Source: Octopus vulgaris
Lineage: Eukaryota
Direction: 5' to 3'
Assembly (NCBI GenBank): GCA_951406725.2
Contig: OX597815.1
Coordinates: forward strand, 138,508,001-138,572,000
Length of the DNA stretch: 64,000 nt
The notes under the pieces were generated by a model, which did no database searches, was not told where the DNA came from, and was given only the letters and a program-made list of their open reading frames with translations. Each line of letters starts with the position of its first letter. The first letter of the stretch is position 1. This document shows, piece by piece, positions 13,450-26,553 of the stretch. The position numbers and the translations under genes are program-made.

Positions 13450-13944
13450 TTTACTCTTTTATTCTTTTCTTTGTTTCAGTCATTTGACTGCATCTATGAT
13501 GGAGCACCGTCTTATAGGGTTTATTCGATGAAATCGACCCCAGGACTTATTCCTTGTAGGCCTAGTACTTATTCTATCGGCCTGTTTTGCCGGACTGCTA
13601 AGTCACGGGACATAAACACAGCAACAACTGTTGTCAATCTATGGTGGAGGGACAAACACAGATACAAAGATACACACATAAGCATATACATATACATATA
13701 CATATATATATATATATGCGACAGGCTTATTTCAGTTTCCGTCTAGCAAATCCACTCATAAGGCTTTGGTCAGCCCGAAGCTATGGTAAAAGACACATGC
13801 CCAAGGTGCCACGCGATGGCACAGAACCTGGAACCATGTTGTTGGAAAGCAAGCTTCTTACCACAAAGCCACGCATGCACCTAGATTCTTTCCACATAGT
13901 CACGCCTGCGCCTAGCTCCTTAACACACAGCCACGCCTACACCT
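13450..13944 (-). mobile_element. SINE family B (CORE-like) with a triplicated 5' head
   Basis: Reverse complement aligns along its length with 50127-50545. The ~30-nt head occurs three times at 13857-13944. Confidence 0.85.
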
Positions 13945-14137
13945 TCAAGACATTCTAAGTGTCCTGAGGAAGGGGTCTTCACCCGAAATAAAGGAATACA
14001 AGTACAGCAACTTTGTTATATTTTCTTTTCAATATTTGCAGTTTAATTTTTACATTCGGCTCTACACAACTACATTCTTTGAAATCTACTTCACAATGCT
14101 TCACAAAAACTACCTCATCTCTCTCGCTCTCTCTCAC

Positions 14138-14209
14138 TATGTATGTATGTATGTATGTATGTATGTATGTATGTATGTATGTATGTATGTATGTATGTAT
14201 GTATGTATG

Positions 14210-14253
<44 letters not shown>
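14138..14253. repeat. (TATG)n(TA)n microsatellite
   Basis: Seen directly. Confidence 0.95.
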
Positions 14254-14254
<1 letters not shown>

Positions 14255-14346
14255 GTGCATATATATGTAGGTATACGTTCGTATATGTAAGTATTCGTAT
14301 GTTGTGCTTATATATATATATGTATTTATGTTTCGCTTCTGTGTGT

Positions 14347-14405
14347 ATTCTACTGACGAGGCAAAGCATTACTAAATGCAAGGTCAGAAATCCGGGATCT
14401 AGAAT
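14347..14405 (+). ncRNA. Type I hammerhead ribozyme motif
   Basis: Stem I attcta/tagaat (6 bp); CTGACGA 14353-14359; stem II ggc/gtc plus gcatt/aatgc, with unpaired A14386; GAAA 14387-14390; stem III ATC/GAT; ATC triplet 14397-14399. Confidence 0.75.
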
Positions 14406-14700
14406 TATCCAGTAATTTTTTACTAGTTTCATCTTGTCTCTTTGTTTTCTCTACGTGTTGATATATGGACGATTAAGGTGGTTTTAGAGTCAGATCATGG
14501 CTGCTATTTTCAGCATGGTGGTATCTCGTAGATACCCTAATTCATAATTATATATATATGAATATAAATTTAATTAGAGGATGGTTAAACCACATGAAGT
14601 GATAGTTTCATCCAACGAAATACAGGCTCAATACCTAGTGCTTTTGGGGAATGAATTTCCTTAAAATAATAGATGTATATAAAAACATATAGTTTATATT

Positions 14701-15112
14701 CATTTAAAAGAAGAAAAGAAAATGGAGATTAGGAAGTTAACAATCGCTTATCATTAACAGCGAATTGGTCATCTTCACTTACAGCCGTTTCAATGAATGC
14801 TCAATAAACATTTAATATACATTAATGTGACATGAGCACAATGTTATTAGAAGGAAAATGATGTACATTTGGATGTTATATGTATGGGTATGAATTCATT
14901 TTAGCAGAATAAAATAAATTCATAAGCACATATATAACATCCGAATGTACATCAGTTTTCCTCTGATAATAATTTGCTCATGTCACATTAATGTAAATGT
15001 AATGTTTATTGAGCATTAATCGAAACGGTCGTAAGTGAAGACGACCAATATGCTGTTAATAATAAACAATTATTAACTTCTTAAGCTCCATTTTCTTTTC
15101 TTCTTTTAAATG
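14701..15112. mobile_element. Foldback element (~203-bp arms, 6-nt loop) with decayed HHRs; PLE inverted-pLTR-like
   Basis: 14701-14903 is an imperfect reverse complement of 14910-15112. Right arm: CTGATAA(14963)...gctca/tgagc stem...GAAA CGGTC GTA agtgaag. Adjoins a microsatellite. Confidence 0.75.
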
Positions 15113-15164
15113 CGTATATACATACATACATACATGCATACACACACACACACTGACACCCACC

Positions 15165-15195
<31 letters not shown>

Positions 15196-15209
15196 CAGCT
15201 GCATCCACG

Positions 15210-15241
<32 letters not shown>

Positions 15242-15313
15242 AACATATACATATATGCGCGCGTGTGTGTGTATATATATATGTGTGTGCGTGAATTTAT
15301 ATATTTATATATA

Positions 15314-15950
15314 CATGGGGAGAGTCTAAATTATAAGCACTCTTGTTTTTTCAGCGCATTTACACAAAAGCAAGAGATAAACAAGTACTTCATTTCCTAT
15401 ATAGTCTCCTTCCTTTACAATGCACTTGGTCCAGCAGTCTACAAGTTTGCGTAATCCCTCCAAGAAGAAGGTTTTTCTGTTGGTACAACCATTTATGCAC
15501 CACTTCCTTCACATCTGCATTCGTAGGAAATCGGCGACCTCGTAAACCATCTTCGAACAGTCCAATGTTATGATAGTCGGAAAGGGTGAAATCTGGGCTG
15601 TAGGCAGGGTGTTCCAGCTCTTCAAAACCAAGTTGGTTAATGGTTTCAACGGTCTGAGTGACCGTATTTGGGCGTGCATTATCATGCAACAACAGAACTT
15701 TCTTCGACAATAGGTTTTGTTGCGAATTAATGGCTTCAGTTTGTTGGTCAGCAAAGTACTGTATCTTGCTCTGTTGATCGTATACTCCTTTTCCAGAGAA
15801 TTCGGATCACTGCTCTTTGTTCTTCTTTGTAGTAAATTGCTAGTGGAGCGGCCATGCTTACACTGTAAAGCCAGAAAGAAAAATGGCGCGATCTGGCTCA
15901 AATTTTGATCATGTGACCACAATAGTACCAACTATAAGCATGCATGTGCA
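15314..15950 (-). mobile_element. Internally deleted mariner transposon
   Basis: N-terminus MAAPLAIYYKEEQRAVIRILW (ATG at 15855) joins the C-terminal TINRARY...LLLHDNARP...HPAYSPDFTLSDY...GRRF. TA followed by TIR-like catggggagagtctaaattataagcac at 15312. Confidence 0.85.
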
Positions 15951-16024
15951 GAAGGTATAGGGATATTTAAAAAAAAGATTCGAGGTGAGAAGTTAGGAAT
16001 AATATGTAAGGTGATGTCAATAAA

Positions 16025-17130
16025 TCTTACTATAATGGGCGTTATGTCCGTCTGTCTGTCTGTTTCCTCTACACGGTCAAACGACTGAACCAATGGTCGC
16101 GATTCTTTTTCGGGATCACGAAGGAGGTAATCAGGCAGGTTGTTAGCGAAAAAAGAAATGTGAAAAAGTATGATTATTTCGTGGATATTGAGTTTTGTAT
16201 TAATAAATCACCTTTGATGTCTTTCTTAAAATTCCGGCTACAAGGATTAACTCTGGATCTCCCCACCTCACGTATAGTTCGTGAATTTAGAGGGTTTATA
16301 TTAGCGATACTATCCCTTTATTTCCCATCGTAGATGGGCAGATTTGTATCTTACTGTCCATCTGTCCGTCTGTCCGTCTATCCGTCTCTGTCTGTCCCCT
16401 CTTCGAAGCTAGACGGCTGGATCAATAGTTACGATATTTTGCGGGATTACAAAGACGGTCGCCAGGAAGGTTTTCAACATTAAAAAATTAGAATGTATGG
16501 TTATTTCGTAGTTATCGATTTTTGAATCGATAAACCACATTTATTAAAAATTCACCGAATACGAGTAACTCTGGATTTTCATCGTATAGATTGTGGCCCC
16601 ATTGTAGATAAGAAAGTGTGTCAGTATATAGTGTGTGTGATTATTTAGTAGTTATTGAAGTGTGTCAGTCTCGAGCGGATTCGAAAGGGCTAATCGAAGC
16701 GGCTGTTGTTTACATCTCAGTTTTGTCAATCAAAATAACCCATGGTACCAGAACATCCAGATATTATTCACATAGAACAGTAAGAAGTAAGTCTTAGTTT
16801 GATTTTTGCAACCTTGAAGATTCCACTCACTCATTTACAGCAAGCAAGGCACATGGCCAAACTTTACATCGTGTAGGTGTATTTTTACCCACTCCGATGT
16901 TTACATAAGGCTAGTTATATGTCGCCTTGAGCAGAGCAACGGAATCCAGTAATTTGAAAATTAGTGTCGACCAAACCGAAAATATCGTCTACAAAGAAGT
17001 TTTGTAATCATATTGATATTATCGAAAGGAACATGATTAGTAATTTAAATAAGGAAATTAGTGAACTTTGAATGAATAAGCGTATAAACAAGCGTAAAAT
17101 AGTGTAAAAGTGTAAACAACTAAATAACAA
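16025..17130 (+). mobile_element. Deleted Helitron with a duplicated 5' region and the PIF1 helicase C-terminus
   Basis: A|TCTTACT start followed by (GTCT)n, repeated at 16349 (~325-bp unit). 16831-17007 encodes SKAHGQTLHRVGVFL...LYVALSRAT...NIVYKEVL* (helicase motifs V/VI) with 2 internal stops. Confidence 0.75.
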
Positions 17131-17139
17131 TTTTTCTTA

Positions 17140-18700
17140 ATACTTTTTATGTAGTGGTCGAAGAAAGCTCTGGCTTTCGTTAGGAGTGGTCCACATAACC
17201 ATTCATGATACAAGGGCTGGAAGCCCATTTCAGTTCGGGAGTGAATCGTCATCAGGAATTCCAACTACGTTTTGTGGTCCGCTGCCTCAACAGTTCTTTT
17301 GTAGGATCCAGTGGCTAAAGACATTATCAGGAGGAATTACGTCCGGTTTCGGCCCCTAATCCTCTCCTGTTTTCGACGTGTCGGGAATCCCCTTTCGGAG
17401 GTGTCTTCAGCTCTGGTGTTGGGTGCGTTTCTTCTTTCTCCTTTTTTTTCTTCTGTTCTTTGGTTTCTTCGATGCATCGTCAACGAATGTGAGCGGCCAA
17501 CTGACCGTCCTGCGAAATTTCCCTTTAAATAGTCGCCGGTAAGCTCCAGCAGCCAGCACCAACTATCTGTCACGTGACTCTGCCTAAGTTTTAACTGACC
17601 ATTAACTGAAGGGCGCGTAGTTTTAGCTCGCGCCCTCTCTAAACCTACCTTCCAACAGTGTCCTTTTAGTTTCTGTTCCAGCAGCCACAGCCGACTATCT
17701 ATCAGGTGGTAGGAACAAGACCGCTACCTTGGCCCACCTGTGAATCAGCGATGCTGCTTAAGGGTTAGCCAGTCTTACCTAGCGATGCTATTTCCAAGTC
17801 GGCATATTATGGCTCTCAAACTATTTTGGGTCTTCTCACTTCAGCCATATATTAGAAGCTGGCTTTTTCGACTGCCTGCTGTATCCTCTTTATTACTTTT
17901 CTCATCTCTGAGCTCGAAAATGCAAACCTTCTTTTAAATAACGTCGTCACTTTCCTTTCAATGAAGCCTCTAGCCCCCACTACCAGGTGGTAATACTCAA
18001 CAGTCCATGCCTGTTCTCCACACTCTTCGATTAATTTCTCATACCTCTTTTCCTTCTGTTGCTCTGCATTAGCCATGTTCTCTTCCCATGGTACTGTCAG
18101 CTACAGCAAAATTCCAATTCTCCGCTCTGTGTTCCATAGGATTAAGTCCAGTCTTTTTGTCGTTTTTGTGAATGGAAATTTTAACAGTCTTTCCAAATCT
18201 GCGGCCAGCTCCCAGTATCCCTTCCATATTTCGTCTGTCTCGTATATTGTATTTGAAAGTCTGGCCTTATGTCCTTTTCCCTCCTTCTGGAAGTATATTT
18301 TTTCGCGCTTTTCCACTTTTGGGTATTCTTCCCTATTATATCCCTCGACCTTCTCCTTGAGTGCAGCGCTTATGACACCGAGGGCTTGATTGTGACGCCA
18401 TGTATACCTGTCTAGTGCTATCCTGCGGTTTGACAGAAAATGTCCCTCCGGCGCTTTCTCTCCGCATCTATATTTATCAGTTGTTTGTATGTTACACCGG
18501 ACTAAATTCGCCGGTGAAGGTAAAACATCGAAGGTAGACTTCATCAGGAAAGATGTTCATGCTTTTTCTCAAGCCCAAAGTTCATTCCATGAGATTCTGC
18601 GACTGACTACATATTCCTCCCATCCCAGGCCCTGTTTCTGTTGACTACATGGCACCAAATGTACATTCCGCCTTTCTTCTTCCTTCTCTCGCAGGGCGAT
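17140..18700 (-). mobile_element. Hero-like RLE-type non-LTR retrotransposon, 3' fragment
   Basis: KSTFDVLPSPANL, degenerate Zn knuckle, RYTWRHNQAL, RLDLILW (PD-like), LTVPWEENM...KEKRYEKLIEEC...VGARGF, then a ~650-nt 3' UTR ending in an A-rich tail near 17140. Confidence 0.8.
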
Positions 18701-20616
18701 ATATTGTTAATGGCAGGTCTTTGTAGAGTTATACACATATAGAGGCTAACTGAGATAATTGGCCTCTGAAAGCCATACTCTTACGAAGAATCATTACTAA
18801 GGAAACGAACAGGAACTCGAAGTAGCATCACGGAAAGTACTGGATATATATATATATATATAATATACAGATATGTGCGTCATATTCAGAAACACACACG
18901 TAAACACGTACACACACGACACGTACGCACACACATACACACACTCACTCATAAATATAGACACATAAAGAGCAAGACAGAAAATATGAATATACAGTTG
19001 CAGTTACCATGCAACCGCATATTAAAGCATAAGTGTAAGATTTGAGAGCATATAGAAATATTGTTCTATCGCGCGAAAACAGAATATTATTTTGTGGAAT
19101 ATTATTTTGTTATAAAAGAACTTGGTGTTGGTGAAGCCAAATGGTGGTAATGGTAGCCATTTAGTGGATTATGTTGTATGATTGCTGTTTTCCTATCGAT
19201 TTGTTTGAAAGTTGTATTCCACAATTTGTGAGCAACATATTCTACATATGAGACGGCTTCCACCATACATAACAAATCCGCTTTATTAAATTGGTGGCTT
19301 AAAGTATATTTCAGAATGCAGGCAATTATATGGAAGAGTATTGGATTCCTAAAAGAAAATAATTCTTATAAGAGAGAAATCTGACCAACTATTTTCATTT
19401 TTTCTCCGCAGTTCTTTGTTCTAGTGTACACATAAATAAAGGTACCTTCCTCAATTGTTATTGTAGACTTTTACATACACACATACAGTCACGCACCCCC
19501 ACAGATACAGACGCAAATGCATGCGCATGTAAGGATATACATCATAGAAAGACAGGATGGACTAAATAGAACAGGAGGATACACGTTGAAGGTAAAGAGT
19601 AATTGAAAAGCCCACTGGTGCGTGAAGAAAGATTTGCAGACAATGGACATACGATAAAATAAGAACAATAATAAACTAGGGGAGGGCTAATATATAGTGC
19701 GTGTGTTTGTTTCACAAGAAAACAATGATCATCATGTAATGTAACAATATTTTCAATAAAATTATTTCAGTGGTCATTAACATGGAGTATACGCGAAAAT
19801 TTACATATCAAACTAAATATAATGGATTGTTCCTTACAAATATGATAACTTTACCAGTGATATCATTTTCTGTATCATGAATATTGTAGCTACTTATGTC
19901 TTAAAAATATCTTAATTTGTAATGTTTTAGACGAAATTTTAACTCGTCAGCGACTAAAACGCTGTTAATAACATGAGTCACAGGTCTCGTCCGTTACACA
20001 TCCGCCTGTCACATATTGAACTCACTTCTAAAGACACACTTCTATGAAAGTGACATTCTACATGCAACCAGGAAATCGTATGTGAGGTGCCTCGTGTATA
20101 GCATTGGAAAAACTGCAGTACAAATTTTAGGACGCTCCTTCAGAGCTAGGAAATGAAATGTTTATTGAGCCACTTGTAAAGCACAAATACGACTCAAATT
20201 AGATCCTTATTAATATATCTTCGATAGTACTGCTGCAACATTCTTACGTAGATATGAAATTATACTACGGCGGCCATTCAACTGATTTGCAAATATTGAA
20301 TCACCGCATTCGCATCGTATATTGATTACAAAATCTTTGTCTATCCAGTCCCTTCAGGATATAACCCCAACAAATTCTGAAGATGACTTCTTTAACTGCA
20401 TCAAATTTTACGAGGGGGAAAAGGTTGCAAACGTCGTTCTTTCTTCTATACTGACTAACCAAAAACATTTATCTGTTATTGAAGTATTCTTCAAACATTT
20501 ATACGTCCTTAATATCTGGTCGTACCTTCTACATAACAACGCAATCATCTGTAATGCATATACACATATTTTAGCACGTAATTTAACAAACTATCAGTTG
20601 CTCCTTCATATATACC

Positions 20617-20617
<1 letters not shown>

Positions 20618-20675
<58 letters not shown>
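20618..20675. repeat. (TA)n microsatellite
   Basis: Seen directly. Confidence 0.95.
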
Positions 20676-20678
<3 letters not shown>

Positions 20679-21305
20679 GATTGCGTGATTATGTTAGTTA
20701 AATTGCTTGACGTTGGCTCTAACTAAATATATGCGCGTGAGTTAGAAGATAATCGAATGAAACACAACATTCCTATCTATTTTCTAACTATATGGGAGTA
20801 GAAATTATATCGATTTCTTTATCTTTCATAATATGCTATATACTTCCTTTCATTAACGAGAGATATTTTCAATTATCTGCATGAATAACACGAAACTAGC
20901 TTGATTATAATGCTGCGGGGCAAACATTGACGCTAAAACCTTCAGCTTTTCTTCTCTTTACAGCTACTCAAATTAAACTAACTTATGCTTGATGAGAGAA
21001 ACCTCCTGGCATAGAACAATTCTTTCTGATTTTGAAAGTTGAGTGTTTGAGAGAATTATTTAATTCTTCATTCTTTTATAGTAATCTTTTTTTAGCATCT
21101 AATTGTTGTATTCATCAACTAACCATATTCCAATGTTCATTATTCGTATTTCTGAAGGCTTCAAAATGTATTTGTACAGATGCCCTATAACAAAAATGCA
21201 TAAGCATATACTAAAATTAATCTGCCCCTTTGTCTCTCTGCATGACTGATTGTCTGAGAGTCTGTCTGTCTCTGACTCACTCCCATTCTCCCCATCTCTC
21301 TTTAT

Positions 21306-21306
21306 G

Positions 21307-21401
<95 letters not shown>

Positions 21402-21467
21402 TATTTTCTCTTTTACTCTTTTACTTGTTTCAGTCATTTGACTGCGGCCATGCTGGAGCACCGCCTT
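21306..21467 (-). repeat. (TA)n followed by the 3' end of SINE family B
   Basis: ttttacttgtttcagtcatttgactgcggccatgctggagcaccgcc is the reverse complement of the SINE B tail. Confidence 0.85.
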
Positions 21468-21714
21468 TATATATATATATATATAATAGAAATATTAAAA
21501 TTACTAAATCTCTAAAGGAGATTACGGCAGCATTACTGGAAATTAATAGTTATCGCCATACTTATATGGCAGTCTTATAAATATAAGACTAAAGCTGTCG
21601 CTGATTAGCTCCAAGAGGCCACCGCCTCAAGCTAGCTATTTGACACACAACCAGCGTCCATTATAAAACTTCGAACAGGGGAAGTCAGCCGCTTCATCCT
21701 GCCAGTCAGACAGC

Positions 21715-21753
21715 TGCAGACATGTTTCAGGGTATTTGCCCTTTATCAATGTA
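21715..21753 (-). ncRNA. Degenerate minimal type I hammerhead motif
   Basis: Minus strand: taca TTGATAA aggg-caaata-ccct GAAA CAT GTC tgca. Palindromic ACATGT. The core has C3>U and G8>A changes. Confidence 0.5.
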
Positions 21754-21949
21754 AACAAGTATTGACCTTTTTGCCTAGCCAAACAGGGTGGTGTCATTCG
21801 ATGGCGAAAATGATGCGAAGCGCACTGTGACCAGCGATGTGTAACATATCTGACAGTCTGGTCGGTCACGTGGAGATATAGTATTACAGAAAATGGAAGC
21901 CCTAATGAAAACTAAACATCTAGTAGTATCACTGCAAATAACATGTCGT

Positions 21950-23300
21950 TGAATCACGTAACTTCAACGAAATATGAATGCTTAACTCCCTCTCCAGACA
22001 TTAAATCTTGCAGTTTGTAAGTATCCTTCAGACCATTCCTCGAAATATAACTTCTACTGCTGTTCTCCAAAATTCTCGAGCTACCAACTTTTCTTCAATC
22101 ACACTATTTACTGCATTGAGAACAGCTCACTTTATAGCTCACCGAAGTAATCGTTGGCGGCTATTTCAAGTCTTATAATTCGTTCTTGCTTTCATACGTT
22201 TTTAACTCCGATGGCACTGGTGCAATTCTCAACTTTCTACAGTAATAGGCTTTTCATTCTCTGCATGCACTTCAAGAGAGCTTAATAGATGGAACTTCAT
22301 CAGTTTTATATAACTATCCCTTGCAAGACATGTGTTTCAACGTTTACCCACCAGAAGTAGTAAAGATAGCAACTGAAAGCATTCCCGCAAACACCTCCTC
22401 CCATTGCTAACACAAAAAAAAACTTCCATACATAATACCCTGTACTGGTTAACTCATATATACACTACAGAAGGGGCCTACAGCGTTTGAAGAAATCATC
22501 TCTATCAGCCGGACAGCACCTAACCAGTGTCTCAATTGCTACTTCTAGAAAACTATCATCTGCATCTTGAACGATATTTCTAGTCATTGTATAGACTGAA
22601 ACATCGTCAATTTTGCACACCACCATAATTCATTTTAGTCGTTTGTCAAATGATTTCTACCAAAGTAAAGGAGTCCTCTTTGTCTCCACTTCTTAATATG
22701 ATTCTAGAACAACACTCACGCAAATAAAGACTCACATTTGCTTCTTAGTTTTCATCCTGTTCTACAAATTACACAAAAAAAACCTCCTCTAAAATTATAT
22801 CTTCAGGATCCCCACTATGCATGCATACAGGTCGAATGGGAATGTACATCTAGCTGCTTCGAAAAAAATTCCTGATAATATTTCTTCTATTACCATCAAA
22901 CTATTCGCACCTGTCCCTGTCCCTATGCTCACCAAAAACCTTAACTCTTCCTCTCTCTTCCCAGAGCTATACTCCGGGCTATCGATTTATTGAGCCATGG
23001 TACAGTTTGTTCATTCCTCAAAACAGTAACCTCTCTAATGCTCTCTACTATCGTTGTATCGCGCTCCAATATATTAGACATAACCATTAATAATATATTT
23101 ATCCAACATGTTGAACTTTATCCAACATATTGAACTTTATCCTTCATGAATAACTTCCTGTACGGCTTTTGTAAAGCTAGATCTACTAAGGATATTATCA
23201 TGATCGCTCAACTAGAAAGTCTGGTGAAAAGTGTGTTATTGACCCGACATCAATAAAGCATTCGATTGTGTATTATACTCATCTCCTATAAAAACTATCA
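21950..23300 (-). pseudogene. Very decayed R4/Dong-like non-LTR RT region (tentative)
   Basis: Minus-strand remnants resembling FWW (~22345) and (NYR)PITSVSYK (~22140). No long ORF. Confidence 0.3.
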
Positions 23301-24526
23301 GCCTATGATCCTTCTTTTCATGGCGTTTTATCGCTACATGTGCAGATTATATGGCTTTCTCTCTGCCCCACAGTTTATCTTCGGTGTCTTACGGTTTTGT
23401 TTTGTTCCCTCTAAATTTTACATATACCTTAATAACCTACATTCTCTCATCTTGAAGATCACATACGAAGCTGATTCCTTATCGTCTTGACGTTTGGTAC
23501 CCAAGCGTGATTTACGTACTATCTAAACAGCTTGCACACAATTTGCACTGACTTAATGAAGAAAAAACCTCAAAAATTTCTTACAATGAGATCATGTCAA
23601 TATTGTCTCTTTCAAAAACCAAAACCAAGAGAAACAATCAATGTATATATATCATTGTAAATTTTATCGCAACCCAAAAATAAACATGTACAGGATGCAT
23701 CTACAATATCCGTGCAGTTGCTTCATGTAAAGTCTCACTTCCTCAATGAATATCTAATCCCAGTTATTGCTTATCGTCAACATAGCCAAAACTGCATCAC
23801 ACTGACTAACATTCCTCTTGGGAACCAGAAAATAATTCATCCACCACAAAGATCAGGTGAGATCAATAGCAATGGTGCTTTCTTCCCAAACGTGGGACTG
23901 TACTGTTGATATACACAAGTGATGTTAGACCGATAAACTAATGAAAGTTGTTTCAAGTGATTGCGATGAAGTTCCTAAGAAACTACAATCACTGTACAAT
24001 TACCTCTGCATATCAGAGGTGGTCGGTCTCGTGCCACTTCAACTCAGTCACTCCTTATTAAGTTGTCTTTTTTCTTTCATTACTTAAATTATGAACAATC
24101 CACTGGCCCTGCAAAAATTAAAACAGCCGGTGTTCTCAGCTACACAGAAAATAAGCCATCTGGAAATCTCTAACAACAGATGCTTTTCTGCAGCTTTCGA
24201 CTTGCAATTATTCAAACGGAACATTGCAGTATTAGTTTCACTTTTCTTATATGGACAGTGAACGACATGGACACAACCTTTACTCTCAGACTTCAAACAA
24301 ATTCTTATGTCTTCATACATTCTCTGCATACGTATTTTCTGAATGTTGCTTAAATTATTTTCATTTCGTTTTTAATATTTTACTCCCACTTTCTTCTCGA
24401 TATTCTGTTATCTAACAATCAACTGTCTATCATCATTTTCTCTGATCAAATTGAACACCCACTCCACTACACACACTCACATAAACAATATGATATATAC
24501 ATGAATATATATATGTATATATACCG

Positions 24527-24557
<31 letters not shown>

Positions 24558-25711
24558 TACATATATATATATCCTTATATATATACACACACATGTATAT
24601 ACAAGTACACACACACACACGCATATATATATTGGTATACATGAATGTGTGTTTGTTTGTGCGTGCATGTGTGTGTGTGCGTATACACACACTCTTTCAC
24701 ACAGACATGTATATTCAATATTTAGCGACTGTTTCATCTCTTCTCCAACAAAGAGCATCTATCTAAATATTAGTGTCTACTTCATTTCCTTTTTCACTAA
24801 CATACATCTTTTCACTGTTTTGTTCATATTCGATTCAAAGTGACACAGACCAGTATTAAATCTGCTAATTTTGTGATTACCTTTATTTTCCATTTTTCTT
24901 ATTGTTAGAATTTTTGTTTTGATTTGATTTAATCTTGTAAATTCAAAGACATTCCGCATCTAAACTATTTTATGATTTATTGTAATCGTATTTAATCTTT
25001 TACTTCGATAGTTTTATCTTCATTCAATATTTGTTTTTGTTTCTGTTTTGTTCAATGATTGTGATTTGCAAGCAGAAATAGTTTTTTGTTTTACATCATC
25101 CCTGCTTTCTTCGCTAATGCAGAAACAGATTCCTTTTAAATTAGTTGAGATTCTTGATCCCTTCTGCCATTCTCATTAGTTTATATCGGTTAAAGATTGT
25201 TATCATATTGAAATTTACTGGTAACACCTCATGTTCTGTGTTACATAACATATATTTTATTGAGAATATTCAGCATTTAGTTCAAGTTCTTTCGTCTCAC
25301 GTATTCACTAAAGCAGAAGTATAATATTTAATTCTATAATTCAGTTTCATATTCATATGGTTTATATTGATCTTTATATCTAAATTGAAATAGATTCGGT
25401 AAACAGAGATCTCTACGAACATATTTATGATTATTTACGCTGAATGCGACTCAAAGGAGAAAACCATGAAATCATTTTAATGAAAATTCCATTAGTGAAA
25501 GGATAATATATTACACGATAATATATTACAAAGGATAATATATGTCTAATTCCACGGCAAAAAAAATTTCTATTGCATATACAGAAAATATATATATGAC
25601 ACATATTTGTTCGAAACTAAGATATTAGCAAATGACGTACAGAAACAACACTTGAAACGGGTGGTTTAAAAAAGAAACGGGCAATCAAGTACAAATTTTT
25701 ATATATATAAT

Positions 25712-25938
25712 TAATAATATTAGGGTAATAAAAAGTTTAGAAATATTTACTACCAGTGGCCTAGTGTAAAAAAATTAGTCGATAGACTATATATTATTCG
25801 TATAAAATACAGTGTACTTTAAAACACATTAAGGATTTGATTAAGGATTTATCCTTAATTAGTGGTTTGGACTTTAACTGTTCTTTCTAGCGTAAATGAT
25901 TCCTATGATGGAAGCCTCTTAATGTGTTTTAATGTACA
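25712..25938. mobile_element. Second copy of the 1-680 family, in inverted plus direct arrangement between TA tracts
   Basis: 25712-25835 resembles the reverse complement of ~180-305 (ccagtggcctag...gactatatatt). 25845-25938 resembles a direct copy of ~110-203 (taattagtggttt...ggaagcctcttaatgtgtt). Confidence 0.7.
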
Positions 25939-25984
25939 CTGCATATATATATATATATATATATATATTCAAATATACCGGCGA

Positions 25985-26300
25985 ACAAGCTCATGCTGTA
26001 AGCTTGCTACATCGTTTGGGTTCTTTATTGCCTGTGATAATTTTGTATCATTGGCATAGTTAGTGACGGTGGCTGTCTGAATGAATATGAGTATGTCTAA
26101 GAGAGCTACTATAAACAGTAATGGCCCCACGACAGTTGCCTGTCAGAATTTGAGATTCCTCAGAGAAGGCAACAGTGGCTAAAACTGCCTGACTTCCACA
26201 TTTTATGAAGTCAATGTTTCCACTCTCCAAGATTATCAGCTGGCAAAATATGACCATTCCCATGTAAAACAATATCTGTTTCTGCACACGATTTCACATT
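25985..26300 (-). pseudogene. CR1/L2-like RT fragment
   Basis: Minus strand QATVVGPLLFIVALLDI...NYANDTKLS, a degenerate form of PQGTVLGPLLF / YADDTK. Confidence 0.7.
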
Positions 26301-26553
26301 AAGAATCTTGCAAAAAAAATGCATAACGTATATATTTATAAATATTTAATCCAGAGATCGAGGTGTAGGAAGAAAGTTAGCTTCGAGCCATCCGTAGTAA
26401 ATATAAAAAAAAAAAACAACTTTCAGGTTTATTGAGGTTGTGAATTTTTTTCATATCGAAGAAAGAAAGTTCTTTTTATATTCCACGACAGGCGACCAGG
26501 GTTGCTAGCTGTGCGAATAAAAGTGCAAAAGTTAGGGAATGGAGTAGGTAAGA

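Noticed and set aside
13961-14000. CTGAGGA-agggg..ccc-GAAA, HHR-like
   Set aside because: Stem II forms, but no stem I partner or consistent cleavage triplet follows.
17215-17262. Minus-strand CTGATGA...GAAA in the Hero-like 3' UTR
   Set aside because: Stems I and II do not close.
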